This document shows positions 51,955-63,020 of a DNA stretch of 64,000 nucleotides, piece by piece (position 1 is the stretch's first letter; every line of letters starts with the position of its first letter). The DNA is from an uncultured delta proteobacterium (GTDB lineage Bacteria; Desulfobacterota; Desulfuromonadia; Desulfuromonadales; JACZKF01). Below the pieces are notes generated by a model. It was given only the letters and a program-made list of their open reading frames with translations. It did no database searches and had not been told where the DNA came from. The DNA lies in assembly GCA_963816395.1 (NCBI GenBank), contig CAWFKQ010000005.1, positions 256,001 to 320,000 on the forward strand. Reading direction: 5' to 3'. The translations under genes and the position numbers were made by a program.

Positions 51955-52985
51955 TGTCCTCTCCAAGTTGTTAACCCTTCCTCGACGAAGTGATACCTTC
52001 GGAATTCACCACCGAATTTCGTAAGCTCCTTCACGACAGCGTATTTGGACACCCCTGGGCAGTATAGGAGCATAAACCCTCCGCCGCCGGCTCCAGAAAT
52101 TTTCCCACCACTTGCTCCGCTGGCTTTGGCCTTTTCGTAAATTTCATCGATAATTGGATTTGAAATATTCTCTGCCATTAGCTTTTTATATTTCCACCCA
52201 AAATCAAGAATATCACCAATCTTCCCAAGCTCACCCTTTAACAATGCCTCTTTCATCATTATCGCTTGATTTTTAAGTTGATGCATTGCTTCAATCGATT
52301 TGCTCATGTTCTTCGAGACATTGTCGACTTGTGAATCTATGATCAGTGATGATAGTCGACTCGTACCTGTATAGTATAGCAATAAATTGAATTGAAATTC
52401 ATCAAGATATTGTCGCTTTACCCTTAATGGATTCACTATTACTTTATCGTCGTGCCCAAATTCCATAAAGTTAACACCACCGAAAGAGGCGGCATATTGA
52501 TCTTGCTTCCCTCCGCTCATAGCTAAATCGTTTCTTTCTATTTCAAAAGCTAAGTGGGCAATATCATATTCACCGAGGGGAATATTCAGCCATTCGATAA
52601 ATGCGCCAAGAATGGCAACAACAAGAGTAGAAGAAGTACCAAGCCCAGAGCCGGCAGGGGCATCGACATAGGTGGTTAATGTAAAAGAAAGATTTTTTTT
52701 GTTAAATAGTGAGACAATTCCATTGTAGACCCCTTTTAGCAGATTAAGAGATCCATCAGGTTGAATAAAATCGGTAGATTGAAATTCTTGCACAATTCCT
52801 TGATCTATCGATCTTAGAATTATTTTATTATCCACCCTTGGAAAAATTGTTGCGTAAGCATACATATTGATGGTGCTATTAAGAATTGCTCCGCCATAGA
52901 TATCTGAATATGGTGAAACATCAGTTCCCCCACCAGCTAATCCTATCCTTAAGGGTGCCCTAGAGCGAAAAAACATTTCTCGCAT
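51951..52985 (-). CDS. hddA: D-glycero-alpha-D-manno-heptose 7-phosphate kinase (GHMP family)
   Basis: RAPLRIGLAGGGTD, PAGSGLGTSS, GGKQDQY, GAGGGGF. Confidence 0.9.
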   Translation of the reverse strand: MREMFFRSRAPLRIGLAGGGTDVSPYSDIYGGAILNSTINMYAYATIFPRVDNKIILRSIDQGIVQEFQSTDFIQPDGSLNLLKGVYNGIVSLFNKKNLSFTLTTYVDAPAGSGLGTSSTLVVAILGAFIEWLNIPLGEYDIAHLAFEIERNDLAMSGGKQDQYAASFGGVNFMEFGHDDKVIVNPLRVKRQYLDEFQFNLLLYYTGTSRLSSLIIDSQVDNVSKNMSKSIEAMHQLKNQAIMMKEALLKGELGKIGDILDFGWKYKKLMAENISNPIIDEIYEKAKASGASGGKISGAGGGGFMLLYCPGVSKYAVVKELTKFGGEFRRYHFVEEGLTTWRGQ

Positions 52986-52991
52986 TTCCTT

Positions 52992-53747
52992 TCAAAGGGA
53001 TTTTGAATGAAAACCTAAGCGTTGTCTGAAAATATGCCAAATAAAAGGGAAATTTTCGACAAAATATCGCCTGTAAAGTCTTTTTGGCTCCATTGCAAAG
53101 CGGAATGCCCATTCCAATCCAATTTTACTTATCCAGTCAGGAGCGCGTTTTACGGCCCCGGCCTGAAAATCCAAGGTAGCCCCAACCGCAATGGACATTT
53201 TCACCTTGGGTAAGCGATCGCGATGATTCAAAATCCACTTTTCCTGCTTCGGACATCCCAACCCGACGGCTAATACTGTGGCATTAGAGCTATTAATTTC
53301 TTCGATAATCCGCTCACACTCCACCTGATTACCTTCGAATCCAAAACTAGGGGAGAGATTTCCAACTACCACCTTTCGACCAGCCTTATTATTAAGGTTT
53401 TTTTGAGCAAGCGCCGCAACACCAGGAGCTGCGCCCAGCAGGAAGATTTTAATTTCGGGATTATTTCTATGGTATTGACAAAACATTGGCAAAAAATCGG
53501 ATCCTGAAATTTTTGCCTTGAATGTTTTTTGGAAAAATAAAAAATGCAGGATTCGAATAACTTGGCTATCCATTACAAATAAACAATCGGAGTTCATTTT
53601 TATCAACTTGCGAAAATGTTCATCTTTCTGAACCTTCATCACTACATCAGTGTTGACCGGTACCAAGACCCCTGATTTAAAAATATCAAGTAATTCATGG
53701 TTAGTTACATTTAAAACCTTCAAATTTAGGATTTGTAAGGTTTCCAT
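52992..53747 (-). CDS. WecB/TagA/CpsF family glycosyltransferase
   Basis: KISGSD, GLGCPKQEKWI, GATLDF, RAPDW, GLEWAFR. Confidence 0.9.
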   Translation of the reverse strand: METLQILNLKVLNVTNHELLDIFKSGVLVPVNTDVVMKVQKDEHFRKLIKMNSDCLFVMDSQVIRILHFLFFQKTFKAKISGSDFLPMFCQYHRNNPEIKIFLLGAAPGVAALAQKNLNNKAGRKVVVGNLSPSFGFEGNQVECERIIEEINSSNATVLAVGLGCPKQEKWILNHRDRLPKVKMSIAVGATLDFQAGAVKRAPDWISKIGLEWAFRFAMEPKRLYRRYFVENFPFIWHIFRQRLGFHSKSL

Positions 53748-54682
53748 CTTATTCCCTCCATGATTCCCTTCCACCCATAAAAGACGTTTGAAGGAACTTT
53801 AATCTCTTGGATTAAAGTTATAATTAACAGATTTAGCGAGGTGATTAAAGCATAGAATGGTCCGAAATGAATCTTTGAAAAAATAATCGCTGATCGATTC
53901 CGATAAAAATGATAAAGATGTCGTTTCCCTGATGTACTCGCACTATCTTTATGGTAAATGTGACTACCCTTGGCAACTGAAAACTTCCATCCATTCTTCC
54001 GGGACCTTAATATCCAATTGGCCTCTTCAGAATACATAAAAAATTCTTCTGACATATATCCAACCCTATCAATTATCTCGGATCGGATTAGCAGGCTTGC
54101 TCCCATTAGATAATCTAGCTTATCAATATCCGCTTCATTAGTTTCGTCAATATTTTTATTCTTAAGATAAAGTCTGCTCTTACCTAAGAGAGGATATATT
54201 CTGCCACCTCCAAAACATTGAATAATATTTCTATTATCGTAATAATGTATAACAGAGCCAACAAATGCATATAATTTGTCAGATTCCATCTCTTGTATCA
54301 TAGCCGGAAGGCTGTTTTCGTCTACGACCGTGTCGTTATTAAGAAGCCAGAAATATTTTGGATTATAGACCATTAAACAGCACTTTATCCCCCAATTGTT
54401 CCCACCAGCGTACCCAACATTATTCCTTCCGTTTATTAAATAGACTTGAACGTCTGGTGCCAAAATCAATTCTTCTTTGAGATTAATGGTTAAATAGTTA
54501 ACATTATTCTTCTTAAAAAAATTTTCAATGTATAAAATTGAGTTATCTGTTGATCCATTATCAACAACAAATATCCTTGAATTAGTCCACCGCTTTTCAA
54601 GGAGTGAAGCGATACAAGAAATTGTATCTTCCCAAGAATTCCAATTTACGATAATAATGGCCGTATCCATCTTATTGCTCAT
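53726..54682 (-). CDS. GT2 family glycosyltransferase
   Basis: IIIVNWN, VVDNGSTD, NVGYAGGNN, LLNNDT, FFMYSEE. Confidence 0.9.
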   Translation of the reverse strand: MSNKMDTAIIIVNWNSWEDTISCIASLLEKRWTNSRIFVVDNGSTDNSILYIENFFKKNNVNYLTINLKEELILAPDVQVYLINGRNNVGYAGGNNWGIKCCLMVYNPKYFWLLNNDTVVDENSLPAMIQEMESDKLYAFVGSVIHYYDNRNIIQCFGGGRIYPLLGKSRLYLKNKNIDETNEADIDKLDYLMGASLLIRSEIIDRVGYMSEEFFMYSEEANWILRSRKNGWKFSVAKGSHIYHKDSASTSGKRHLYHFYRNRSAIIFSKIHFGPFYALITSLNLLIITLIQEIKVPSNVFYGWKGIMEGIRWKPYKS

Positions 54683-55640
54683 TCCAATGGCTTAAATTAC
54701 GGCCGATCAAGCCAGAAAGATTTTCAATGTCTTTATTATAAACGTCCATTAAAAATTCCCAGTCACTCTCTCGAAGGAAAACCTTTTTGTTTTTTGAATA
54801 CATCATTGTTTTTATAGAATTCTTTATGCCTTCTGAAAAATATTGGTTTGCAAATTTCCTGAATCCTAGCTTGGTCGCAAGATAATTCAAATAAGATATT
54901 CCGGTTTTTGGTAAGGCTGCCTGATTGTGTTTTTTCCTCAGATCAGAGCAGACGTTAGATTGAACGCCTAAGAAGTTGAAAATCTCACCATAAACATTTT
55001 CTGGATTATGCTTAATCTCATCGAAAAGCAGAATTAAAACCTGTTCTCTTGGAAAGACATCTAGAAATCTTTTTACTTGTTCGAAATAAAGACCAAGTTC
55101 AATATACAGATGTGAGATTCCCCATCCTTTCAAGGCTTTATTAAGGTCATCCTCAAGAGCTTTTCTGAAATTAACTTTAATTAAGCCCATCCTTAGGTCC
55201 ATTACATAATGAGAAAATGCCCTTTCTACTGGATTTCTAAGGATAATAATTATCTTCGGGTTTTGTATCTTCCGTTTAATCTCATTAGCAGCCACAGAGG
55301 AGTATAAATAAGAATTGCTTATCTCTCCAATAGCTTTTTCCTCAATTACATTTTTGAAAAGTTTCTTATAATCTTCCCAGTTTTTAATATATGCCAGAAG
55401 AATCTCTTTAGAAAATTCACTATTTAAGTATTTATCCAGGTTTGATGGGAAAGTTTTTTTGTAATCGCTATTAAAGTTGTGGGGATCGATGTCTGTGCCA
55501 AAGTGATGTGGCTCTTTGATAGGGCTCATGTATATTTCAGGATGAATTTTTAGATGGTGATAAAGTGAAGTAGTACCTGCCTTTGCCGCACCAACGACAA
55601 AAAAATTGGGCAGAGATAGCTTCTTTATAGACTTGTCCAT
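54672..55640 (-). CDS. Sulfotransferase
   Basis: 5'-PSB GAAKAGTTSLY, KEPHHF; 3'-PB LRNPVERAFSHY. Confidence 0.9.
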   Translation of the reverse strand: MDKSIKKLSLPNFFVVGAAKAGTTSLYHHLKIHPEIYMSPIKEPHHFGTDIDPHNFNSDYKKTFPSNLDKYLNSEFSKEILLAYIKNWEDYKKLFKNVIEEKAIGEISNSYLYSSVAANEIKRKIQNPKIIIILRNPVERAFSHYVMDLRMGLIKVNFRKALEDDLNKALKGWGISHLYIELGLYFEQVKRFLDVFPREQVLILLFDEIKHNPENVYGEIFNFLGVQSNVCSDLRKKHNQAALPKTGISYLNYLATKLGFRKFANQYFSEGIKNSIKTMMYSKNKKVFLRESDWEFLMDVYNKDIENLSGLIGRNLSHWNEQ

Positions 55641-55718
55641 GTCGCTGCCATCCTCAAGAAATTGAAAAAATTCTAAAATAAAAAAAGGCAATTCATGTAT
55701 GAATCTCTTGAACAACTA

Positions 55719-57971
55719 TTATTCCTCAAGCCTGATGATAATACCCTCATAAGCAGGAACTTCGATACCCGATTTAAGATCGAGAATTTTCTTATGGGTA
55801 AGCCCTGTAGAAATAGTCCAACTTTGCTTTGCAAACCCAAGCAAATTCGAGCGGACGCCAAAGGTCACCTTTTGTGCCTCTGATGAGCTGTTAATGACCA
55901 CGAGGAAATGGCCAGCGCTGGTGTTGCGGAAAAAGGCTGCAACATCTGGCGAAGAAGGATGTGCATCTTCTATTTCTGTTGGATGCCCTTCGAAGAGATG
56001 AAGATCCTTTCGTAGCCTGAACAGGCTCTCATAAAAATCCAGGAAACGCTGTTCGCGTTGAGTAAGCGCGGGCACGCCGTCTCCCACAATAGCCTCTTTA
56101 AAAGCAAAGCGATTCCCCAGCTCCTGCCCTCCGAACAAAATGATCGGACCAGGCAAGGTTGATATTAATGACATGTAAATCTTGGTTGCCTGCTCTCCGA
56201 ATCCACCTTTAAGGTTTGAATCATTTTTGATATCTGCAGGCTCGTAATCGTGTGTCTCAAGTCCCCAAAGAAAAACTTGGGTGTGAGGAAACTCTTTCGG
56301 AATTTTTTGGCGAACCACTTCAGTTATCTCTCGGAAAGACATCTCTCCACGGCTGACCATTTTGAGATTCTTCCTCAATCGCCAGAAACCAGAGTATTCT
56401 ATATCAGCCCCGTGTAATGTCATCCCCCGATTCGCTGATTCGGTTAGTACGATAATGTCTGGATTAATTAACAACAAACTTTCTTTTATCCTTTCCAAAA
56501 CATCGAAAGCGGAAAATTCGCTCCCCCATTTGATTCGATAAGCGATTGGCAAGGTTTTGCTAGTGAACATTGCCTGTCCCAGGTCCAATCTCACGCCATC
56601 TAGGTTGTATTCTTTTACCCAGTGACTAATAACTTTGGTCGTAAACGACTGAACCTCTGCCCAAGAGAAATCTAGGCGATACATATAAATAAATCTCACT
56701 CGCTTCTCAGACTCATAGCCGTCGTAAAAATATGAACCAGGGATCTTAATAAACCATTCCGGATGATCCCGTAGTAGAGGACTCGACCAGGAAGCAGAGT
56801 GAAGGCAGAAATCAACCATCACTTTAATATTGTTATGGTGAAGCTCGGAAACCAGTTTTTTAAAATCATCAGGGGTTCCAAAAACAGGATTAAATGTATA
56901 TCCATCAGATATTGGGTAACCGATACAACCACCGACAGGTGAAATGCTGGATTCCCAAAGCGGTAAAAAATAAATCCAATTAATGCCAAGTTTTCTAAGA
57001 TGGGGAATAATTTTTAGGTAATCCAAAACTTTTACATTTGGAGTATGGGCAACTGGGTTTGTCTCCCAAATGAGACTTTTATTGAGAGTGGCAGACAAAA
57101 TATTATTGGTGCTTAGGGATGGATGGTTGCGAGCCCGATCCATTTTCTTGCGCCGAGCGAAAATTAGTTCATCTAAATTCTCTTTACTTTTCAAGCCACT
57201 TTCAATTCGTAGATTGAAGAGATAAAGGCGTCCCTCTCCTTTACTCTTTGCTGCAGTTATGTGCAGCCCGGAGATCTCATTACTAGAGTGGGTAAAAGAG
57301 TAAGACCTCATGTGTTGTTTTTGGGACTCTTTTAGTCCTGCAGAAAGATTCTGGTCGAGAAACGCAAGATTCGCTTTAGGGTCAATTATGATACGAATTG
57401 TTGAGAACCATACGTTAAAATCTCTTTTTGAAAATGCAGCACTTTTAGAAGGTCTAAATCTTTGGAGAGGTATTTTATCGCCATTGTTAACACGCAAGAT
57501 TGGGTCTACCCCAACATTACCTCCTTTTTCAGGAATAATTGAAAGGCTCAAGAAGTCGATTCCTTGATTGTCGGCAAGTTGGAATGAGGTTAAAGGGAAC
57601 GCGGTGTCAGCAATAAAAGCTAAATTTAGTGTTATACAAGTCGGTCCTTGGAGGGATTTAGCGAATAGCCAAAAAAGATCAGAGCTATCAGATCCATTGA
57701 GCGAAAGGGCTTTTTCGGTAAGATTCAAAAGAATATTTGGATTTGAGTCAATTTTGGCACCTGATGAAGATTGCCTAAAATTTTTCCATTGATCATTAGA
57801 CCTGAAAATCCCAGATTCCATTTCAGAGAATCTATCAGTAAGGACAATATCTCCGGGCGCATTGAAATAATGAAATCCCTCCGCATTTGCTGCTGTCGCG
57901 CCTGCTGATGTGCTAAAAACAAAGGCCAAGAGGCAAGTAAAATTAAATATTAAAAAAATTTTATCAGACAT
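55719..57971 (-). CDS. Secreted GH13 (alpha-amylase family) protein
   Basis: Signal peptide; FGTPDDFKKLV, DGVRLD, LTES, ETHD, GQELG. Confidence 0.82.
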   Translation of the reverse strand: MSDKIFLIFNFTCLLAFVFSTSAGATAANAEGFHYFNAPGDIVLTDRFSEMESGIFRSNDQWKNFRQSSSGAKIDSNPNILLNLTEKALSLNGSDSSDLFWLFAKSLQGPTCITLNLAFIADTAFPLTSFQLADNQGIDFLSLSIIPEKGGNVGVDPILRVNNGDKIPLQRFRPSKSAAFSKRDFNVWFSTIRIIIDPKANLAFLDQNLSAGLKESQKQHMRSYSFTHSSNEISGLHITAAKSKGEGRLYLFNLRIESGLKSKENLDELIFARRKKMDRARNHPSLSTNNILSATLNKSLIWETNPVAHTPNVKVLDYLKIIPHLRKLGINWIYFLPLWESSISPVGGCIGYPISDGYTFNPVFGTPDDFKKLVSELHHNNIKVMVDFCLHSASWSSPLLRDHPEWFIKIPGSYFYDGYESEKRVRFIYMYRLDFSWAEVQSFTTKVISHWVKEYNLDGVRLDLGQAMFTSKTLPIAYRIKWGSEFSAFDVLERIKESLLLINPDIIVLTESANRGMTLHGADIEYSGFWRLRKNLKMVSRGEMSFREITEVVRQKIPKEFPHTQVFLWGLETHDYEPADIKNDSNLKGGFGEQATKIYMSLISTLPGPIILFGGQELGNRFAFKEAIVGDGVPALTQREQRFLDFYESLFRLRKDLHLFEGHPTEIEDAHPSSPDVAAFFRNTSAGHFLVVINSSSEAQKVTFGVRSNLLGFAKQSWTISTGLTHKKILDLKSGIEVPAYEGIIIRLEE

Positions 57972-57999
57972 CTGGTATCTCGATCAAGTAAGAAGGTAT

Positions 58000-59394
58000 T
58001 CAAACTTTAGATAACAGCGATTTTTTCAAGATTGTAGAAAAAGAAAAAATTCCGAAAAAAAGAAGAAAAGAAATGATTATCAAGAAATATACGCCGCCAA
58101 TACCTACGGTAACAATTCTTATAGAAAAAACGAATAAAGTAATATATGTAAACACCGAAAACATTCCGCTTTGGCGCAATATCTTTCTTGTTAAAAGCAT
58201 GGAGAGCAGATTCAGAAGTAACCCAATAAAAAACCCTATTAATAAGGAAAAGTAGCCAAAATTAGCATACAATTCGCCAGGCAAAGTAGGAGCTAATGCC
58301 ATAAAATAAGCGGTTCCCCCCCACTCCTGCGAGAGAAAGTTTTGAAAAGTCATTTGCTTGCCAGGTAACTTGGCCACTAAATCCCATATATACGAAGAGC
58401 CTAGAAGAAAATTCTTTTTCTCGAAAATATGAAATATAATTTTCAGCGAATATGCGCTGTCGAAAACAAATCTATGAAGAAGTTTTACAATAAGAATTTG
58501 TGGAGATTCAATTACTTGTCTCCCATATTTTATAAAGGTAATAAATATTACAAACAAAACGGAAAAAGAAAATATCTTCAATATTTTGCTTAGCTTGAGA
58601 GAGGATTTTATTCCATAAATTGATAGTAGTATCAAAATGAAAACCACCAGATAATTTCTAAAGCCAGTAATTACCGAGAGGGATTGAAGGATAAAGGATA
58701 GCATAAACACTTTTTTGTATCGTTTATAGACATGTGATTTGTCAGATGAAATCAATTTCCAAAAGCAGATTCCACCAATAAAAGGATTGGTGTAGGCAAA
58801 AATAGGCAATATGAATTGGAAACCTCCATGTTCAATTGCATAATATCTCGCGTCATCTACATTTCCCGTCGCTATTATCAACCCATACTTATGAATAAAG
58901 ACAAGCAAAAGCAAGAAATCTAGAATTAGAACAACAATAAAAAGATGTACAATAAAAGAGCAACTCGGGCTTTCAATCCTGTTGTATTCTACCCCTTCAG
59001 TTCTAGTACTTTCTTTTATAATAATCGTTGAGAAAAATATTCCTGCACAGAAAAATAGGAAAAATACAAATGTGAGGATGTTTATATCGACTAAATATTT
59101 ATCATATTGTAATAATTGCGAGAGAATGTTCCCTTGTCCACCAAATCCGTTTAGAAACAAAGCGAAGAATATTTGTCCAAATAGAACATAAAAAAAATAG
59201 AAGATTATGAAGGCAGATGGCGGAGTCATCCTGATGATTTTTATTTTTGACCTCCAAATAAGGAAAGTGGAAATTCCAAATATGAAAGCATCTAAAAATA
59301 TTAAAAGCTGTGGATACCTTCCAAGCATTACCGTAGAGCCTACCAAATTTTCACCAGCGCCAATCAACAAGATTATTTTTTGAAAGGGGTTCAA
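58000..59394 (-). CDS. wzy: Polysaccharide polymerase (Wzy-like)
   Basis: Many TM helices, TGFR, PTLPGELYANFG; locus context. Confidence 0.7.
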   Translation of the reverse strand: MNPFQKIILLIGAGENLVGSTVMLGRYPQLLIFLDAFIFGISTFLIWRSKIKIIRMTPPSAFIIFYFFYVLFGQIFFALFLNGFGGQGNILSQLLQYDKYLVDINILTFVFFLFFCAGIFFSTIIIKESTRTEGVEYNRIESPSCSFIVHLFIVVLILDFLLLLVFIHKYGLIIATGNVDDARYYAIEHGGFQFILPIFAYTNPFIGGICFWKLISSDKSHVYKRYKKVFMLSFILQSLSVITGFRNYLVVFILILLSIYGIKSSLKLSKILKIFSFSVLFVIFITFIKYGRQVIESPQILIVKLLHRFVFDSAYSLKIIFHIFEKKNFLLGSSYIWDLVAKLPGKQMTFQNFLSQEWGGTAYFMALAPTLPGELYANFGYFSLLIGFFIGLLLNLLSMLLTRKILRQSGMFSVFTYITLFVFSIRIVTVGIGGVYFLIIISFLLFFGIFSFSTILKKSLLSKV

Positions 59395-60220
59395 AGTCTT
59401 CTCTAAAATGTTCCATCATTGCTGACTTTAGGGTATTATCAATTTCTATAAGGTCGCCCTCACTCGAGGTGTTCCATTGATCAACCCAGTAGCCGAGACG
59501 CCTTCGGAACTTAAATGGGATCATTTTTCTCCATATTGCCTTTGCAATTCTAATCCTCTTGATATCATTAAGAATCGCGAATTTTGGATTTGCACTTCCA
59601 ATATGGTGTTTCTTCATAAACTCTTTAGATTCAATTCTTTCAATTTCTAAGTAGTCGAAAATCCTATTCATTACATGTTGTGGATTCGCTTTTAGATCGT
59701 CTGTGAAAAGAACAAGGATCTGTTTTTGGTTAAAATGGTAATAATAGTCTGTCAATATCCTTCCATACTCGCCCCAACAGATATAACTGTCAACTTCACT
59801 AGGGTTCTTTCTATAAAATTCGATATTATTCAGTTGGTCCGTTATAGCCTCATAAAATCCCCGACTTTCCAAACCTCGTTTTTTGCTCATTTTATAATGA
59901 GATAAAGCTCTATCGACTGGATTTCTCAATAAAGCTATAAGTTTGACATTTGGTAACTGCCTCTTTATTTTTAGCGATACCCCTGGATAGGCCATATATT
60001 GTGGTGTGGCTTTACCCCAGAGTTTTTCATCCGGAGAATTTTTGAAAAATTCTTCAAGATACCAATTCCACCCTCTGCTCATCCTCTCAGGGGAAGAGAA
60101 ATATGGAGCTTCTTTTTCTGGAGGTAGGTATATTTCTTCATTTATGAGCAAGTATTTATATAGAGATGTCGTTCCTGATTTCTGGGCGCCGATAATTATA
60201 AAGTCCAATTCTCTTTTCAT
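59351..60220 (-). CDS. Sulfotransferase
   Basis: GAQKSGTTSLY, ATPQYM, LRNPVDRALSHY. Confidence 0.9.
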   Translation of the reverse strand: MKRELDFIIIGAQKSGTTSLYKYLLINEEIYLPPEKEAPYFSSPERMSRGWNWYLEEFFKNSPDEKLWGKATPQYMAYPGVSLKIKRQLPNVKLIALLRNPVDRALSHYKMSKKRGLESRGFYEAITDQLNNIEFYRKNPSEVDSYICWGEYGRILTDYYYHFNQKQILVLFTDDLKANPQHVMNRIFDYLEIERIESKEFMKKHHIGSANPKFAILNDIKRIRIAKAIWRKMIPFKFRRRLGYWVDQWNTSSEGDLIEIDNTLKSAMMEHFREDFEPLSKNNLVDWRW

Positions 60221-60291
60221 TTTTAAATCACACCATTATAAGGGTATCAGACAATCAAAAAGTAATATCTAAATTTATACGTTTATTAAGA

Positions 60292-60603
60292 CTAAATCGA
60301 GAGGGGGATCGTCCAAATTCTTAATTTTCTCCACACTAAATAAAAAGCCGCAACATTCAAGGTGACCAAACTAAAAGAAGTCGTTAGCGCTGCACCAACT
60401 CTACCCCACAAGGGTATGGCAATTGAACCAATTACAATGGAAACCCCTCCGACAACTAGCGTATTATTTCGCATCAATTTCTCATTCCCTGTCATCATCA
60501 GCAGATAACCCACCGAGCCAGTAACAACATTTATGAACTGACCCACTGCCAAGATGGTCAAGAACATGCTTCCTCCTCTGAAATCTGGTCCAAATAACCC
60601 CAT
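60292..60603 (-). pseudogene. 3' fragment of a Wzx flippase (AT-rich)
   Basis: ILAVGQFINVVTGSVGYLLMMTG parallels the C-terminus of the upstream flippase; no 5' part. Confidence 0.72.
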
Positions 60604-60845
60604 TACAGGTCCAGTGTGAATCTGTGGGGTCAGGATTAACTTTCTGCTATTCGCAGCCCTTTCCTACGCTTTCTCCACCCTCCGCCCCTCCGGAGCACCC
60701 CGGTAGCGCGGCAGTGCGCTGCCAAATGGTTGGCGATTCCGTCCACGCGACTTTCCGGACCCATCGAAAAAATACGCTTCCCGCCGATTCAGAAAGCGGA
60801 GAGTGGTTTACCGAGAGCCGCGTGCCGCGTCCGCTTGTCGGGGTT

Positions 60846-62248
60846 TTACCAGGCTATCCTCCCCTTCAGCGGTTGCCCGATGCCTGGCCCAACGGTAGCA
60901 GAGCCGGTCCCACAACCGAAGAATGGCACATATCCGATCGTTCTCCCATATTTCGCTTTGATATAGCCCAACGTCCAGATATTCCAAAGCGCCAGACTCA
61001 CAGTCCCGGCAAGCGCCGCGCCATAAAGACCAAAGTGCGGAATCAGTGCAAGTGCTAGGGACAAATTCAGTGCGGAAGCAGCACCCATGATGTTCCTGAA
61101 GGTCCCTTGATGCCCGGTCATATTCATGAAATACCCGGTCGAACCCGAGATCGAGTTGACGAACTGCCCCGCCACGAGGATCAACATGGGAAGATAAGCA
61201 ACAGCAAACCCTTTCCCGAAAAGCCCGAGCACGGGACGGCCCAGCACGACCAGCAAAAGCAGGATCGGGGCGGTCGTCCAGAAGATCAGCTTCGTCGATT
61301 TCTTGGCCACATAAAACAGTTCGTCCATCCGCCCGGTATGAAACAGCTCCGAGAACTTCGGCGCCGCCATGGAGTTGATCGCCTGCAGAATAAAGGAGGT
61401 CAAGGTCGCCAATTTGACCGCGGCGGCGTAATATCCCACCTCACTTTCGGGGCGATACATGCCGAGGATCAGCACCCCCATCTGGGCGATGATGAAGTTC
61501 ATCGAAGCTGTCATCATCATGGGGGTCGAGATGGCGAGCAGGCTGCGAAGCGGCATCGACTGCACGGCATCGCCCGGTTGCATCCGCCGGCGAAAAGCCC
61601 GGTCCATGATCAAAAGCCCCAATCAACCCGGCCACGCCCCAGCCTGCCAATTGGGCATAAACGGGATCTCCGCCTGCCGCGAAACCGCCACCATTCCCAG
61701 CAGAATGAGCATGAAGGCCGCGTTGGGGACGATCTGCATGAGGGCGAAGGTGCGGATCAGGCGCAGCCCCCGGATCGCCTGCGTATTGAAATCGATCAAC
61801 ACCCGGAAAATCACGCAAAGCGCAGTCAGTCCGATATAGAAGGATAAGTGGGGCTTGGAAAAGACCTTGTCCGCGATAGGACCGGCGCAGAGAAAAAGTA
61901 TCCCGCCGACCAGGATCGATACCAGAACCACCGCATACAAAATTTTCGGTAAACCCGAAAAGCCGAAGTTACCGAATACTTGGCCAGATGCTCGGGGATC
62001 AGTCGCAGGATGGAGACGTTTGTGCCCATGACGGCGAAGATCGAAGCCATCATCATGAACGACTGAACGATCGCCAGCACCCCCATCATCTTCGCCCCAT
62101 ACACCCGGGCGACGAGCACGCTCGCCACCAGCGCCAGGCCCGTCCCTATCACCCTGCCCACCAAGGTAAAGGCGGACCCGGTGAGGATCTCGGAGAACTT
62201 CTTGTCCGAGAGGAGGTTATTTAATTTTCGGCGAAAGAGTTGGACCAT
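60846..62248 (-). CDS. wzx: Wzx flippase (GC-rich), split by apparent frameshifts
   Basis: Three consecutive ORF pieces; ARVYGA, EVGYYAAAVK, APKFSEL, GQFVNSISGS. Confidence 0.8.
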
Positions 62249-62249
62249 G

Positions 62250-62289
62250 GGTTCAAGTAGGTTCAAGGTTCAAGGTTCAAGGCAAAAGG
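62250..62289. repeat. Heptamer repeat (GGTTCAA)n
   Basis: About 4-5 units. Confidence 0.75.
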
Positions 62290-62327
62290 TGAATGCAAAT
62301 TCAAATCCTCAGAAAAGACTTTTTCAC

Positions 62328-62396
62328 CACAGAGCCACAGAGGACACAGAGAAATTCTTCCAAGAAAATCCTTTGCCTTCCTCTGTGATCTCTGTG
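62328..62396. repeat. CACAGAG/CTCTGTG inverted short-repeat element
   Basis: CACAGAG x3 then CTCTGTG x2. Confidence 0.65.
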
Positions 62397-62425
62397 TCTG
62401 GATGTTTAGCACCAGCCGCAGCCGT

Positions 62426-62722
62426 CTAGGTCAACTCTGGATGCTCAGTCCTCAACCACCTAAGAACCTCTTCCCGAAGCTCCCGCACAAACCCGACCAA
62501 CTCCTGCGCCTCTGTCATGCTCACAACCCCTGTCCGATCATACTCTGCCGCATTCCTTTTAACCCGGCAGGCATTCAGGTAATCGGCGTCGCCCTGCCTG
62601 TTGCTCCCCAAGATGAGGGGTAAATTCCCGCATTATGTAGCTCCTCTTCTCTTCGAATCGAAGAGAAGGCGGAAAACCTCTGCGCGCACACGAGATGAAA
62701 GAAGTTCAGCTAGAAGGTTCAT
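62426..62722 (-). pseudogene. Internally deleted HTH-MNT / HEPN module
   Basis: MNLLAELLSSRVRAEVFRLLF start joined to the HEPN-like tail CRVKRNAAEYD..EAQEL. Confidence 0.55.
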
Positions 62723-62833
62723 ATTGCATGGTCCTACCATACATTTGTATGGTTGTACGGTACAAAAACCTGGATGGGCCACCGCGAACGGATGGTAAAC
62801 AGATCGCTTTATGCCGCGAGCCGTTCGCCGAAT

Positions 62834-62968
62834 TTAGTTTCCCTTCACAATAAAATACGGATTCAGCAGATTTTCCTTGTTGTACGCCAGCGCCATCCCC
62901 TCCGGCGTTTTGACCGTTCCGCCAGCGGCAAGCACCAGCGCCTGGCCGGCCGCCGTATCCCATTCCAA
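62834..62968 (-). pseudogene. Duplicated, diverged 3' end of cysQ
   Basis: EWDTAAGQALVLAAGGTVKTPEGMALAYNKENLLNPYFIVKGN*. Confidence 0.85.
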
Positions 62969-63020
62969 AGAATCCAGGCACAAGGCCCAAGGTTCAAGGC
63001 CCAAGGTGACGGCAGTAACT

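Noticed and set aside
8083..62248. Frameshifts in ribE, ribD, mazG, bax-like, RSH, barrel, multicopper oxidase, gmhA and wzx as programmed frameshifting or mass pseudogenisation
   Set aside because: Single-base indels are scattered through core biosynthetic genes with otherwise intact motifs; sequencing or assembly error is the simplest explanation. Read polishing would decide.
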